From: Trichoplax sp. H2
Lineage: Eukaryota
Length of the DNA stretch: 64,000 nt
Direction: 5' to 3'
Assembly (NCBI GenBank): GCA_003344405.1
Contig: NOWV01000263.1
Coordinates: 1 to 64,000, forward strand
Shown: piece by piece, positions 18,261 through 32,659 of the stretch
Numbering within the stretch: position 1 is the stretch's first letter
How the letters are laid out: each line of letters opens with the position of its first letter
Made by a program: the position numbers and the translations under genes
Notes under the pieces: model-generated
Databases searched by the model: none
What the model saw: only the letters and a program-made list of their open reading frames with translations
Told to the model about the DNA's origin: nothing

Positions 18261-19846
18261 ATATTCAAGTTATGTCTATATTATCTCATCATTTAGGTAA
18301 AAGCTATCTTTGCCACTTTTGGGATTGCTGGTGAAGCAGTACTCATGCTAGTTAGAGCAAGAGTTACTTTTAACTGCATCGATGGCGGTACAAGATGCAG
18401 TGTAATACCTTACTGTAGTACAGCATGCTAGCCGAGAAGATTCCGCTAGCCATACGTTTCTGCCAACAGCCATACTGTTATGGTAATACAGAAATTAAAA
18501 GAAAAGTACAAGAATGCATCATTATGCTGTATTTGCAGTTCTAATAAATATGGGAAATTTTTGTTTGTTTTGCTGGCAAACCAGTATCGTCTTGTCTCAT
18601 GGTCAGCAGCGCTAAGCATCAATACACAGTGATTTACAAACTTTTAAAATGAATGATGATAACGTGCTGAGTGCTTTGCGTAGTATTTACTAATTATGCC
18701 ATTAGAGTGCAATCATGGAGCAGTACATCAAAATAAGCTATAAAAGATATCTTCCACTTGATGTACCTATTGTAACTTATATTGCTCTACACAGTAGTTG
18801 TATTTTAATCAGCGACGAGCATTTCCTTGCTACTTGCTAACAAGGCGATGGATATGACCTGATAAAATAAAGCAGTGGTACAGCCTATCCATAAAATCAA
18901 TTCCAAGTAGACATACTGTAGAATAGTAGTCATGAAGATCTGTATCAGGAGATGATTGATTTTTACTCTTTAGAATCAGCAATCTACAATAGCATCGGGA
19001 TCGAATGCATACTTGGACTTTATCCTTTATTCAAAATAAGTTGTGCGATATGATAATAATCCTGAAAGCGGCAGAGCGGATACTGGCTAATTACTCGTAG
19101 AATTAATGATTACTGTACACGAAACAACTTAGTTGAAATCGATCAAGATGTTAAGCTGACAAATAAAGCTACTACCGCTATCATTTCCTAGTCAATGTTG
19201 AACAGTCCAATCTTTAAAATGCGTTTCGATCCAACCTATTTAAGCTGTCATCAATAGGCTATCGAACGTCCAATCTATGCCAATGATAATTATAATTTAA
19301 GAGCTGTATTTGATTACGCTAAGGATTGCAAATACGCCAGACTGAGGCAGAGGAATAGCCATGACAGCTGCATGTGGATGATAGGGTAATACCTGCGGAG
19401 TGATCTAGCTTTAGCAGCCATCAAGAGGCTCTAGAATATCTGAATCATGCCCATGATCATTTAAGAGCTGAGCTTGATACTGCTAGCTTACTATAAATAT
19501 GGCAGAGTCAGTTCGAGAAATAGCCATGGCTGTACCATGTGGATGATCGAGTATTAATTATGCCTACACTGCACTGTTTAGACAGCACGATGGGTGGGTG
19601 GAATGAGAAAAAACCATTTTGCTAAAAGCTTCTTTCTGTATAAAGCCTGCAATCTGTTGGGCTGTTTGCTACCATGCTTTTGCTACTAATCCACTACGCG
19701 CAAACGCCGCAACGAAGCAATACCTAACAGACAGACTGAAAAGACCTGACCAATAATTCATACTCTATAGAATCCAAGAAACAACTATACGACAAGGAAA
19801 GTAGCAGCAAGGCGAATTTTTGGTCAGTCTATCTCCATCGTTCACC

Positions 19847-22800
19847 ATGCCGCAGCCATTAGAGACTTTTGACCATAATTATAAAGTATTAATAGTTGGT
19901 GATAGTGGCGTTGGTAAAACGTGCGTCCTCTTAAGGTTTAAAGACAATGATTTTCAGTCAACGCTTTTAAGCACCATAGGTAAGTCTTGTGATTATTCTT
20001 ATTAGCAATCTATTCTAGGCTGATTAATTGATAGGACATACTAATGTAAATGATACAGTGATTGCCATCCATTACGTTCATGATGAGTGCCAATCGAGTG
20101 GAAAATGGACTCTGTAACATTCATTAATTAATTATAGATCGTCTAGTATCACATTTGTTGATCGTGATCAATGGCGAGTAGTGTATGGATGTTGTATCCA
20201 AGTTTCCATCACCGGTTATAAAGTAAAGGAATAGCAACACGTTGTAGCTCATCTTGTCAATCATCGCTCTCGATCATAATCCTTAGCAACTCAATAGAGT
20301 TGTCCATTAAGAGCAATAGAGTATGAGATTGCCTTCAAAATTCATCGGTAGAGTGTAGATTCTACTGTAGAACCACTGTCTACATTACCTTGATGATCAT
20401 CATTATTGCAATGGATAGAAATGATTATTCGGCTACTGATGAATTTACATAGTAACATGTCCAATTCTTGACAGTGCTGTCCATATCGTATCATGGCTAA
20501 ATTTTGCAATCGCTAGAAATGGATTTGACACCAGTTCAACTGGCAATTACTATGCTTTATTTGGCATTAACCATCCGATAGCGATGTCCACGATTAGAGC
20601 AATACCTTATAAAAGCTATTCCTATCACGATAATAACGGATTGCAATCGATCTGATGATGTCATTTTATATAGTATCGAAGTACTGGCTATTGGATGGCG
20701 TAGGACTTTTACGATTACGATTAGAACTCATTCCAGTTGATGTGAATTCAATTATTTAACACTAGTATGACCAGTGGCGATTGCTTGATATGGTATTGAT
20801 CGTCAGATGTCGATTTCTGCCACTGTTGATGATTATGATAATAATTCATTCTCATCGATATGAATTATTTGGTATGGTATTGAGTATCCCATGTCGATTG
20901 CGAGGATAACTTATTCCAATCGATATGAATTACTGGACGCTAGTTAGTCATGATTATTAGTCATGGTATTGGCTATCCGATTTCTTCGACTGCTAGTAAT
21001 AACTCATTCCAATCGACAGGCATCAAGGATACTAGTTAGTGATGTGATTGGGATAGGGTATTGATCATCCGATATTGATTTATATAGTGGTAATCACTCA
21101 TTCAAATCGATATGATCTCTTTGACACTAGTTAGTCTGCTAGTGATGATTCTATAGGGTATATATTTTAGAGGATGCAAAGGTCATATGAATGGTCCCCA
21201 AATGTTTACCATCAACACTGAATCGTTCCGATAATAATTTTACTACTGGAGCATGAATTATTTCACATAGTATTGATCATCCGATGCCGACTTTGATGAC
21301 TACTACCTACATATACCGTATAATGGATAGCCATCGATCGATGAATTTTCCAAATCTGTTGGATCCATCATTCTTATTTGTCACGGTTTTAATCCTCATC
21401 CGATGTCGATTTCTATCACTACGGCAATCGGACTAATGACTAGTAGCAATCGGTATGAAATAGTTGACACTAGTTAGACTAGTGGTAAATATTATTTTGA
21501 CTGCTGCAAATACCGTATAATGGATAGCCATCGATGGATGTATTTTCGACATCCGTTTGATCCATCATTCTTATTTGATATGGTTTTGATCATCCAATAT
21601 CGATTTCTACCTCTGCGGCAATTAGCCTAATGACTAGTGACAATCGATATGAAATAGTTGACACTAGTTAGACGATTGGTAATTATATATTTATATTTTG
21701 ACTACTGACTGTAATACTGTATAATGGATAGCCATCGATCGATAAATTTTCCACATCCGTTTGATTCATTAGTCTTACTTGACATGATTTTAATTATCAG
21801 ATGTCCATTTCTACTACTGCGGCAATGAGACTAAGGACTAGTGGCAATCGATATGAAATAGTAACGCACACGAGTTAGACGATTGGTAGTTATTTTCATT
21901 ATACCTACTGCATTATCGTATAATAGAAAAGCATCGATCGAGGATTTTTCAACATCCGTTTGATTCATCATTCTTATTTGACATGGTTTTAATCATCAGA
22001 TGTTGATTTTTACCAATACAGCAATGAGACTAGTAACTAGTAGCAATCGATACGAAATGGTTGATACTAGGTAGACTAGTGGCAATTAATTATTTTATAT
22101 GGTATTGGTGATCCCATGTCGATTTTTAGGACGACTGATTGCTATCGATATGTAATTGACACCGGTTTGATTCATGATGATTATATATAATTATTTTATT
22201 GGGTATTGACGTACGGGTAGCCGGTTTTATCATTACCAATAAAATTGCAGTCGATATCAAATCTTTGGCGCTAGTTGGACTTGTAATGATTAATTATTTA
22301 CATCGATAGTATTGGCCATCACATGTCGAGTTTTACATCGACAGTAATAAACGGATTGCTATCGACATGCATTATTTAACGCTAATTTGACTATTGATGA
22401 TTATTTTCCATCGATAGTAATAGCGGATAGCTATCGACCTGAATTATTTGACGCTAGTTTGATTAGTGATGATGTTTTTAAATCGAAACTATTGCCTATC
22501 AGCTATCGATTTTTACCACTACTGTAATAACTGATTGCTAATGACTTTACGGTAATTATTTTGACGTTTGACTAATGATGCTTATTTTACATCGATAATA
22601 TTGCCATCAGATGTCGATTTTTACCACTGCTATAATACCTGATTGCTATCGTGATGAATTGATTAGTTTAAATACTGTACATATTCGTATACTCGTATTT
22701 ATTTAACTTTGATCCAGTGTCAGTTTTCACCATGACTGTAATAACTGGCAGCTATCGAAAGGGGTGAATGAACAGTTGCATACTAAACATGCACTTTCCG

Positions 22801-25034
22801 CTGCACGCTAGACTGCATAGTCAATTAGTAACTGCTGTGGATTTTAATCAATTCGATATGCCGGGCTATCTTTTAAAGATAACGTAGAGAGAATTACTTC
22901 CTAATGAATAGCCTGAAAATAACATACAGGAACATTGATGAAAGTATTCTAAAAATGTAATTACGCTCTTAATTTATAAACGATGGAATGGCTATTATTC
23001 TATGAAAATTGTACAGTACTTCTTGATAGAAAATTCACTCTCGGTATTGTTATTCATTTATAGTTATAGAGTTATGATATATCTTGGTTATAATTGACAT
23101 AGTGCTTATGGTTAAGGAAATGTTTCATTATATCTTTGAAATACGTAATAATTTTCATCATAAACCTCTCCACAAATTTTTTTAGTAAAAATAATTTGAC
23201 AATATAATAAGTTTATAACATGGATTTATTGAAGCAGAGTTGTCCCTAAATTGAGTGACTAAATTCTGCGTAACATGGACCAAATGTGATACAAAAAATA
23301 AATCTGTTGCATTTTTATTTTATTTTTTGTATCTAGCAAGACATTTTAAAATACGGGTAATTTGTATAAAATGAATCAGCCTAACTTCGTTAATGATACA
23401 CTACCGATGCTGAACAATATGCATACTGTAAACCTAGGATAAGTTAACAAACTGAATAATGACTTATCGTGGATATTATTTGTAATGTCCGCATAAATAT
23501 TGAACCTGTTTAATTGCATTGGCCATTATCCAAGATACGGCCATAATTACTTTCAACGAATTATTTACCATCTGTAGGTATTGATCTAGTCAACAAACAA
23601 GTCGTCGTTGATGATAAGAAAATTATGTTACAGATATGGTAAGATTTTGATTTCTTGTTGAATCTCGTTTTTCATATTAATAACTCGTATTCGATGGTGT
23701 TAAAGAATTTGATCAGATCGTATCCGTACTGTGTTACTATAAATTTACTCTGTAGGGATACTGCCGGTCAAGAAAGGTACAAAACTCTTACTAAAGCTTT
23801 CTATCGTGGTACTTCGGTAAGGAAAGAATATCATTATAATCAATCACGCAGCTAATGAAAGTAATTTCAATCAAGAATATGCTATAGTGACCAAAAATTT
23901 CGCTAAGTATCTGAATGTAAAATTTCTCTTAGGGCATACTACTTGTTTATGATATTACAAAGAAGAAGTCATTTGATAATATCCGTTACTGGATGAAATG
24001 TATTGCTGATGTTAGTATATGTGATAAAAATTTTGTTAACAATTATTCTAAATAAAATTGACGGTATTCTTGAGTACGGAATAGGCTGATAAAGATACGC
24101 TTATCAAAATATGAATAAATTGCCTAACGTAGTATAAACTCTAACTTTGAAGTGTTATAAGATCTTATTTAATGCTAAATACTGAAACAGTGTCTTAATT
24201 CTTTATCATTGTTTTAGTGTTACGATGGCGATTTAGAAAATGCACCGATACTCTTTATAGTTGGTAACAAGAATGATTTACCCAGAGAACGGAAAATCAA
24301 ATACGATGATGGACAATTAGTGAGTAATCCGCACATCAATTTCAATTACAGCTAACCAACCTATAGCAATTTTCTTATTGATATATTCACATAAACACCT
24401 TTTACTGAAATTAATAACGAAGCTCATCAGAATTTTACCTTTATAACCCTTAATATGCTCAGTAAGAAAAAAATATTGACTCTGTTCTATTAATAAATTT
24501 TTACAGTTAGCTATAAAATACAGTGTCAAGTTCTTTGAAACAAGCGCTTACACAAACTGCAATGTCAACGATGTAAGTCTTTTGATCTATGTAATCATAA
24601 TCTAATAACTGTAAAATAGTCTTGTCTTACGCTTACTTACTTAAACTAGTCTTAAAAATGACAGTGCAATGTGTTTGTTTAAAGTTAATGGCCATTAAAC
24701 AAATATTGATGATTATTATTAGGTATTTTACAGGCTGGCGGAAGATATGTATTATAATGTAAGTTCATGGCAGTGCAATCAAATTACGGCTTTATATTAA
24801 TGCTATAACATTTAACATATCTTCGTTCATTCTCATTATTTTAAAGATATAATAATATCGAATTATATAATTTATAGTAGCGTTGGTAAATTATAAAATT
24901 TATAAATCTTTGTGTTGTTTTAGTCAACTGGTAAAAGACACGTAACAGGTCCTGTGTTTAATGGCACTATCAAAGTTGATAGGAAAAAATCGACTCAAAG
25001 GAAAGAAAGTGACGGTGGACATAGTTGTTGTTAG
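19847..25034 (+). CDS. Rab8/Rab10/Rab13-subfamily small GTPase (divergent), 8 exons: 19847-19979, 23578-23638, 23756-23816, 23933-24010, 24218-24319, 24507-24572, 24723-24758, 24924-25034
   Basis: [53 protein letters not shown] and C-terminal CC prenylation signal. All introns GT-AG. Internal exon sizes 61/61/78/102/66 and junction positions match the RAB8 gene structure as I recall it. Confidence 0.9.
20880..22760. repeat. Degenerate intronic minisatellite (~95-100 bp monomers, ~200 bp dimeric unit in the centre) in intron 1 of the Rab8-like gene
   Basis: aatcgatatgaaatagttgacactagttagac and variants at ~21449, 21642, 21846 and 22045, alternating with gtataatggatagccatcgat...; flanking ~92 bp monomers at ~20918, 21010 and 21104. 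Confidence 0.85.
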
Positions 25035-27333
25035 CCTCGAGTTATTTCAAAGTAATTTAACATATCCCTGAATTATCAATATTGAATAGTAGATTTCACG
25101 ACAATTTGCACATCATGAAGTACATTTACTATATGAAATTGAAACGGTATAGTGTACATTACATTATGTGCATTATACTATGGAGATGCATGTATATATA
25201 GCGGTAATACAAGAGCAGAATAAACTCAAATGCCATACTCTGTATAGAACTACTTTTTATAATCTATTTTGTTTATTAATCCTTGTGGCAAGTGCTAACA
25301 GTAGTATACTTTCCGTGACGAATCTCACAAGGTTTTGATATTTCAATGATAACTTATTGTTACATAAATCGCTTTTTACGTATTATGATTCTAGAAGGTA
25401 TACGGATATTTTAAAACGGCCTATAAGGATAAGTTGTTATAGCAAGTGATTCTAGTAAAATCATGATTTGATCTAAATACAGTTTTGAGATACGAGTGGT
25501 ATCAGTGACAAGCAAACGTTGGGTATCACTGTATTTATGTCTTATGATTAATTCGTAAAGCCGGACATAATTTCTCGTCTGGTATTAACCATATAATTAT
25601 TTTAACTTTCAAGTTATTTAATAAGCTGCAGTTCTATAAGAAGATAAATCATATCAAAGGTATTTCTAGTATTATATTAACGGATCTAGTTTATTTATTA
25701 AGCAGTAATATTTCGACTTAAAACCATATATAACGGAAGTGATAAAAAATAACAAATGTATTAGCGATAGAATCAGTTTTAACCTATGTATTAATAACTT
25801 CATAACCAGAGTTGTTTTATTTTGACCATATTATTTGATTGATAAATGCTACAAAGATAAAATTCAGTAACCAACTTGTATAAGAATTTGTATCAAAATG
25901 TATCATTAAGCATCGCAATAAATTGGTAGTAATGTTTGGAACTTGAAATACATTAAGCTGTTAATTGTTGCAAAATTGTTATACAGATATATATCTTAAG
26001 AAATAGAATACGTATTTTATAAACTTCAAGGTAATGACAATAAATTTGCTAAAGTTAACCAAGTGAGATATTGCCAACAACTATAATTTGTTTTTCATAT
26101 TAGTGGTGCAGATGTTATACGCGTAAATATCGCTAGCTAAATTATAAGCTAACACACGGGTCAGGCCAACTTATTCTAGAGCAAAAATATAGTCTCTCGT
26201 TGCCCCCTTCGCTGAACCTGAAGTTCAAAATATTGATTATGAATAAGTTCGAAACTATTTATTATAATTATGGGAAATGATCTGTAAGATAGAAACCTAA
26301 CTATCAGTTTGCTCATTACAATGCTAGCGTAAAGAATCTGAACGTGTTGTGCAGGATAAATATCTCCATTCAGTCATTACCTTAAGTCAACAATCTATTC
26401 GATTTTGATGAAATCTTGGATCATATCCCAGTTACTACTTGTTCAAGTTTTCGCGAAATTAGATTTAAGAAGAGGGTCTAAAGTACTTTACTGCCAATAA
26501 TGAACGGGAATTTATTCAAAATCTTAGCCATATTAGGATTTTAACTGTATATATATCTCACTAATTTATTTTCTAATCGAGTTTTAAAACAAATTTATGG
26601 CCTCCACAACTTAATTTACGGGAAGCTAACAACCGCAACACAATAAACCTTTTAAATTATTCTGACATCTCGAAAATATTTCTGCATAATCTAATTCTAC
26701 CTTACTATAAATATGACAGCGATTCAATTAATTTAGAATTAAGCACAACCTAAACAAGTCATGCGAAATTGAAGGCATATGAATCTTGTTACTGCCAGAT
26801 ATTACCATTGTACATAGTACGAAATCAACACTAGTTAAAATGAGTAGGTTTAAAATTCAATCGGATAAACTATGCAAAAAATATCCCATAAGAATATAAC
26901 ACGTGATTTTAAAAATTATAAATTTACATTATTAAGCTCCGTTGAAGAGTTATAAATATTATGTAGTCGCTACCTCATGCTATAATAGCAATTTAATAGA
27001 CATACGGTCAGGGTATCAGTAACAACTTCAAAATGGAACTTCATGTTAAACATGAAAGTACGTAAACTCATATAATTTGGATTACGATACACTATATACA
27101 TGTGTTGAAAGATGATATCATCACAAAAAATGATTCTTTTTCTTAATTAAAGGTTGCTGATTCTTTCTAGAAATTAGTTCACATTGCCACAACAGCCAAT
27201 ATTGTACCGATTAACTGTAAATACCAGTACACCTTTATAGTAATTAGAATACGTTAAAATTACGATAGCTCTTCTATTGTAATAACTGCTATCTCTATAT
27301 ACAGATACATGGACTCTTTCTCCAAACATAGCC

Positions 27334-30300
27334 TCAACAAGAGCATGAATTTGCTTCTTTCGAGTCATTCGTAACAGAATTTAATCGGCTAGATCCATCG
27401 ATTTTATCGTTGCTATTTGATAATCCATCGATTACATGCTTATTACCAAGAGAATATTCCCTTGCTATCGCGAAGCAAACTTCTAAGAAAATTTCTGATA
27501 TGCCTGCGAAACGACATCGGAAAATAAGCTATCAGATTTAGTATATGTTATTACACCTCTATTTCTTAATAAGATTCCTAGCTTTACCTTCGCCGGTAGC
27601 TGCAGAAGTTTCCATATATATGGCTGAATTATCATGGGCTAGTTCCAATCCATCTTCTTTACTGACAACCCGTTGATCAGCTAAATCAGATTTGTTTCCA
27701 ACAATGCCTAAAACTATTTGACGAACCCATAATTATCAGTTCAGTAAAAATAACTTGTACATTATCATTTAAATTAATTTGAAAACTTACTCAAGGATTT
27801 ATCAGACGTGTTTTTATGCAATTCTTTAGGTGATAAAATTAGAGGTAGTGTTTAGTTGATCACTTTTAAAGCATAAGTCACTTTAGATTTATTTTTGCAG
27901 CATAGGTTTATACTGCAAATATAAGTATATGCCTGTTTGCGATAGTGTTAGCATTATATTAGCAATACCTTCAATCCATCCTTTGGTAGCTTCAAAAGTA
28001 CTAGAGTCAGTAATATCATAAACAATTATCGCCGCTTGTGCTTTGCGATAGTAGAGTGGCGTCTATTGAAATAAACGATATATCAAATTATAGGCAGGTC
28101 AGCAACTATGATGAGAAAGGGTGTCAGAGAAATTTTAGACATAAATGTGACTATACAAAGCTACTCATGCACTATATTTTTTGCGTTAAAATTCTTACCA
28201 TAGATCTAAACCTAAACGTGGAAAAAAAGTATGCAGTTAGGTATGAGAAATGAAATTGTTATCATACTAGTAGTTATGTTACCTTTCTTGTCCAGCAGTA
28301 TCCCAAATTTGTAAATGAAATTTGATGTTGTCAACGTGTCTGCAATTTACAAACATTGAACAAATTACTTTAACGAATCTACAATTTAAAAGTAGTTCGT
28401 ATTATTGTGATCAGTTAAGAAACTACTACAGCGATGTAGCTTGTTGCGATCAGTCTTTTACTTTGGTCAAAGCCAATACACATCTAATTCTTTTCTGGTA
28501 TTAGATTCAATTATTAGTGTTGTAGGAATTTCAATTCTATTTACTGTGAATGCATATTCAGTATACAGTATACACCTATCTAATGGATGAATATTTGCTA
28601 CAGGCTGATCTTAAAAATGTTATCGGATCTAGTTGAAACTAAACAATTCAATATATCTGTGAAAAAGGATAGTATTATATTTGACTTACACAATATTTGT
28701 AAAAAAGGATGCTCCGATTGTGGAATTACAGGCTAAAGGATTCCTTCGTTTCAGGTAGCGCAGAACGATCGAGCTTTTCCCGACATCTTTTTTGAAAAAG
28801 ATTTCATGTACAGTTAAATCAACTATTCATGTCATATGTTAATAACACTGGACTCTTTGGCATGCTATGTACAGTAAACCTACATCTCTACAGATACTAC
28901 CACTAAGTGAACTATTGCTGCCTTCAGCCTGCAAACCTTTCATAATTACAATCGACTACTCTATACGTATAAAAAATAATATATGCCTGCATATATAAGT
29001 GATGTAGTAATCTAGATATTTAGGGCAATACTGCATTACTTCTAATTGAGTGAATACTGGTTGGTATACTATGGTTGAAATAATAATGGCATTCTTCAAA
29101 ACTATCATTTTTACGTCATCGAGAGGACGATAATTTTATTTAGCTGAGTTATTCTATCGCACTACATTGTCTGTCCTTTCAATTTTGTTTATATTGGCAA
29201 TCTTGCAGGTTACGTGTATCGATGTACGGCGATAATTTCCATATGTGGCATAAAATACTGCGATCTCAATACTGTACTATATGATGATGATTTTTATCCA
29301 AAGTGGTAGCAAAGTAGTTTGCATACATTGCTGTACTAAATGATGATGATTTTCATCCAAACTGGTAGCAAAGTAGCTTGATACGTATTGCTGTACTATA
29401 TGATGATAATTTTATCCAAACTGGTTTAGCAAAGTAGTTTGCATACATTGTTCTTCCTATTTCGCTTGTACAGGGCATAAAATACTATAATATCTGGTGA
29501 TAATTTCCATGCAAACCGGTAGCTAAGCAGATGTAATAAATTCTACATGGCTAGGAAATGGAAGCGACAACATTACACTGTCTTACTCATGTTGATCTCA
29601 ATCATAGGTGCAAATATTGACATGATTGCGACGCTGTACCACCATGATAACAATACAGTGATAAAAATGGATCAATAAATTGACCGTCTGCTTATGGTTT
29701 GAAGGGATTTCAAGCATTCGCTGTCATCGTAAAATTTGATGTAAAGGCAGTAGTGATTATTAGCTGTATGTGAGGTTCTTTCAAGCAAGCATCATTTTTT
29801 TTTTGGATCACGTCATCATCAATGTTTGTTTTTACATATACTATTACGAAGCCTTGTATAGCAAGAATAGCTTCAAAATCTTGGCAGTAAGCATCGTATT
29901 CCAATCTAGCATATTCGCAAGCATTCATCTAGTATTGATCCTTTTCATTCAATCCTTCTTAATCAGTGTTAATGGGATTGTTATGTTAAATTAGAATCGG
30001 CTTTTGACATGTTCTATTATCGAATTCCTAAACATTTGACTTAGAATTGATTATACGCCCATGGTTCTACTGTCAGATCACCGAATTTATGTAAAAAAGA
30101 ACTTGTCCATATAGTACAGTACGGCGATGTCAGCACTCAGCAGGACATCAATAAGATACTATTCACCAAATTTATGTGAATATAGAAGATGCTAGTAAGT
30201 TTTGTGTATCTTTCATCAGCATTTCTCTTTGCCGTAGAAACGCAGTTCATGTACCCGTACGAGGCATAACTTCAATTAAGCAGTCAAAATGAACCAAAAA

Positions 30301-31866
30301 TCTTGCATTGAATTGACTTTGTCGATATTCTAATACCAATCAATATATTCCATAGATTAAGAATAGATCGGACAGGAATGAGTTGTACTGTACTGTACAG
30401 ATAGCGATTTGGCAGTTATTCATATCATACTTCAGATAACGATTCCATTCTACAATATTTGTAAACTATCGAGAAGGATTTACAAGAATTTTCCTTGTGT
30501 TAATGAGAGCGAAATAGACACAAGAAAGATTGATTATGTTGATATGCTAGTGCACAATCGTTCTTGCGTAGGCAATACGTAGACAAAGGGTATATGAGAC
30601 AATTGCAAAGTCCAAACGTTTGGACTGTAATTAAAAGACAAGTAAAGTAGTAAAGACGAGTCCCGAGTCTTATGACCATCACATGGGATCAATTGATAGG
30701 TGGTATCTCGATCGCTTGCCGATGTAATCGATCAAGTAGTGACATGAATTGATATGATGAGCTCAGCTATTAAAACACTAGTTCACGGGCGAAGCGAGCT
30801 TTCTCTACCCGTTGAAAGCTGTTCATTCGTGTTTAGCAATAGTGGTGCACTAACGAGTTCTTCGAAGTAACTAAGGGATTTACTTTCAATTTGGCTACGA
30901 TTTTTACGTCAATAGATCCATACAAGCTTGTAAGGTTTATGTAAAAGTCAAGGGGTAATCGTGGTCTATTGAAATGGTCAAGAAATTCTAAGCAGCTTCA
31001 TGAGTGTGTAGCAGATTCATGTACTGTACAGTAAGTAATCGGTATATTAGTTAGAATCTTCATTTTGGTTTGCAAATAGATCGACAGCTCATTACGAAAT
31101 GTAGGTAAGCTAAAACTTGCCACGTGTACAAGTTGGAGACAGTATTGTAATGGGAAGTTAGCTAGGCAATGCCTACAGTTTCGCTGATATCACGAAAGGA
31201 GTAGAAATTGTCAGTTTATGGATCATCTCTCAATTATAGCAGCAAGGAAAAGATAGTAGCCACTTTCATGTTATTTTAATGATGCCTTCGTAGTTCATTA
31301 TGCACTGCGCGTAGGCTTGAAATTGTCAACAGACGAGCACTGTACTGAATGCCTATCCTCTACTCATAGATAATTGAGTGTATTTTTCAGACATTGTCTA
31401 CCTTTTACCTACAGTACTCTCCTCTATTCTATAAAGTATCGTTAAGCAATCTTGAAGGCAATGTTGGGATATACTAGGTCTCAGGCCTGCATTTTGCTGA
31501 CGAGCGTATATACAATCGATCAAGAGGCGGTAGAAACCGAATCCATCGTTGAGCCATCGCTCACCGATTGGCTCGTCTATGGTATATCGATCGATTGGAC
31601 CGTACTTTTGCTGTCCATTTCTGATTCAATTGAACAATTTAACAGTACACTAAGTTATTTTTACACTAATTATATTATCAATAGTAGCTGATTCGATGGC
31701 TAACTTGTAGTTGATGTCACTATAAGAAGCTCCAAGCAAGCCTAAACTTTATCTACAGTCACGAATGTTATCGTTATGATAAGATGGCAAGTAGACAGTA
31801 AGTTGATATGATGAAATCAGTGCATCACCTACCTTGACTTCCTAACATCACAACCTTGGGCTCCAT
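27334..31866 (-). CDS. RabX1-like (Rab5/21/22 supergroup) small GTPase, 207 aa, 8 exons: 31866-31833, 28786-28690, 28339-28283, 28211-28199, 28062-27969, 27823-27791, 27713-27588, 27503-27334
   Basis: Not in the ORF track; read by hand: [24 protein letters not shown]...[53 protein letters not shown]...WIEELHKN...[13 protein letters not shown]...[11 protein letters not shown]...CSC*. All phases are consistent (624 nt). TIGASF places it in the Rab5/22 group; KVVMLGS and WIEELH resemble RabX1. Confidence 0.88.
29272..29450. repeat. Tandem repeat, ~60 bp x 3, in intron 1 of the RabX1-like gene
   Basis: ctgtacta.atgatgat.attttt.atccaaa.tggtagcaaagtag.ttg at ~29272, 29331 and 29391. Confidence 0.85.
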
Positions 31867-32659
31867 GACAGTTAAAGCCATGCCTATTTACGCTCTCCTT
31901 CGAAGAAAGATTCTTCTTGTCAAGACTTTCACAGCTTTCAACTTGTTATCACACTTGATAGCTTATTTTGCAACGACAAGGCCTAGCTTGAAATGAAAAA
32001 GTGCCGATGATGGAGACTACACTCACTATAATGATGTCTTGTACTTTATTCATGCAATGTAGACCATAGTAAAGCATGCAGTGTATTATCATTCGATTAA
32101 ACTACCGTAAAACAACCTATCGAATGATGGCATCGCATTCAAAATGGAAATGGAGGCAAGCGATGATGAATTTTTCGACTCTTTTCCACAGTCTTGGCCT
32201 GATATTCAGAAATAAATTTAAACTTTTGCAAACCTCATACTACATGAGTAGATAGTCTACAACAGTCTTTCTTGCCTTATAGGTTATTATGGAGGAGTTG
32301 CTATTGGAAACCTATCCTGGTCCAGTCTTGAGTTGCGTCCAATGGTCAAGGCTTGAATTCATACTGTACACTATTCATACTGACTACTGTATGGGGATTT
32401 ACCTATTTCACCATCTGAAATCCCTATGCAACTATTCTTTTCAGCTCGAGCTCTCATACTTTGCTCTATACGACACACTACCTTATCCTACAGTATATTA
32501 AGGCATTCCTGTCACTAGCCCACTCTACGTGACCGCAATAGTGGCAATAGACAAATCGATCGATGATGCATAATCATTTATACATAAATAAATAGAAATA
32601 CTCTAGGATAAAGGCGGTGATGATGTCATGGAGTCGAAAATTCTTTCTTATTCCGCACC

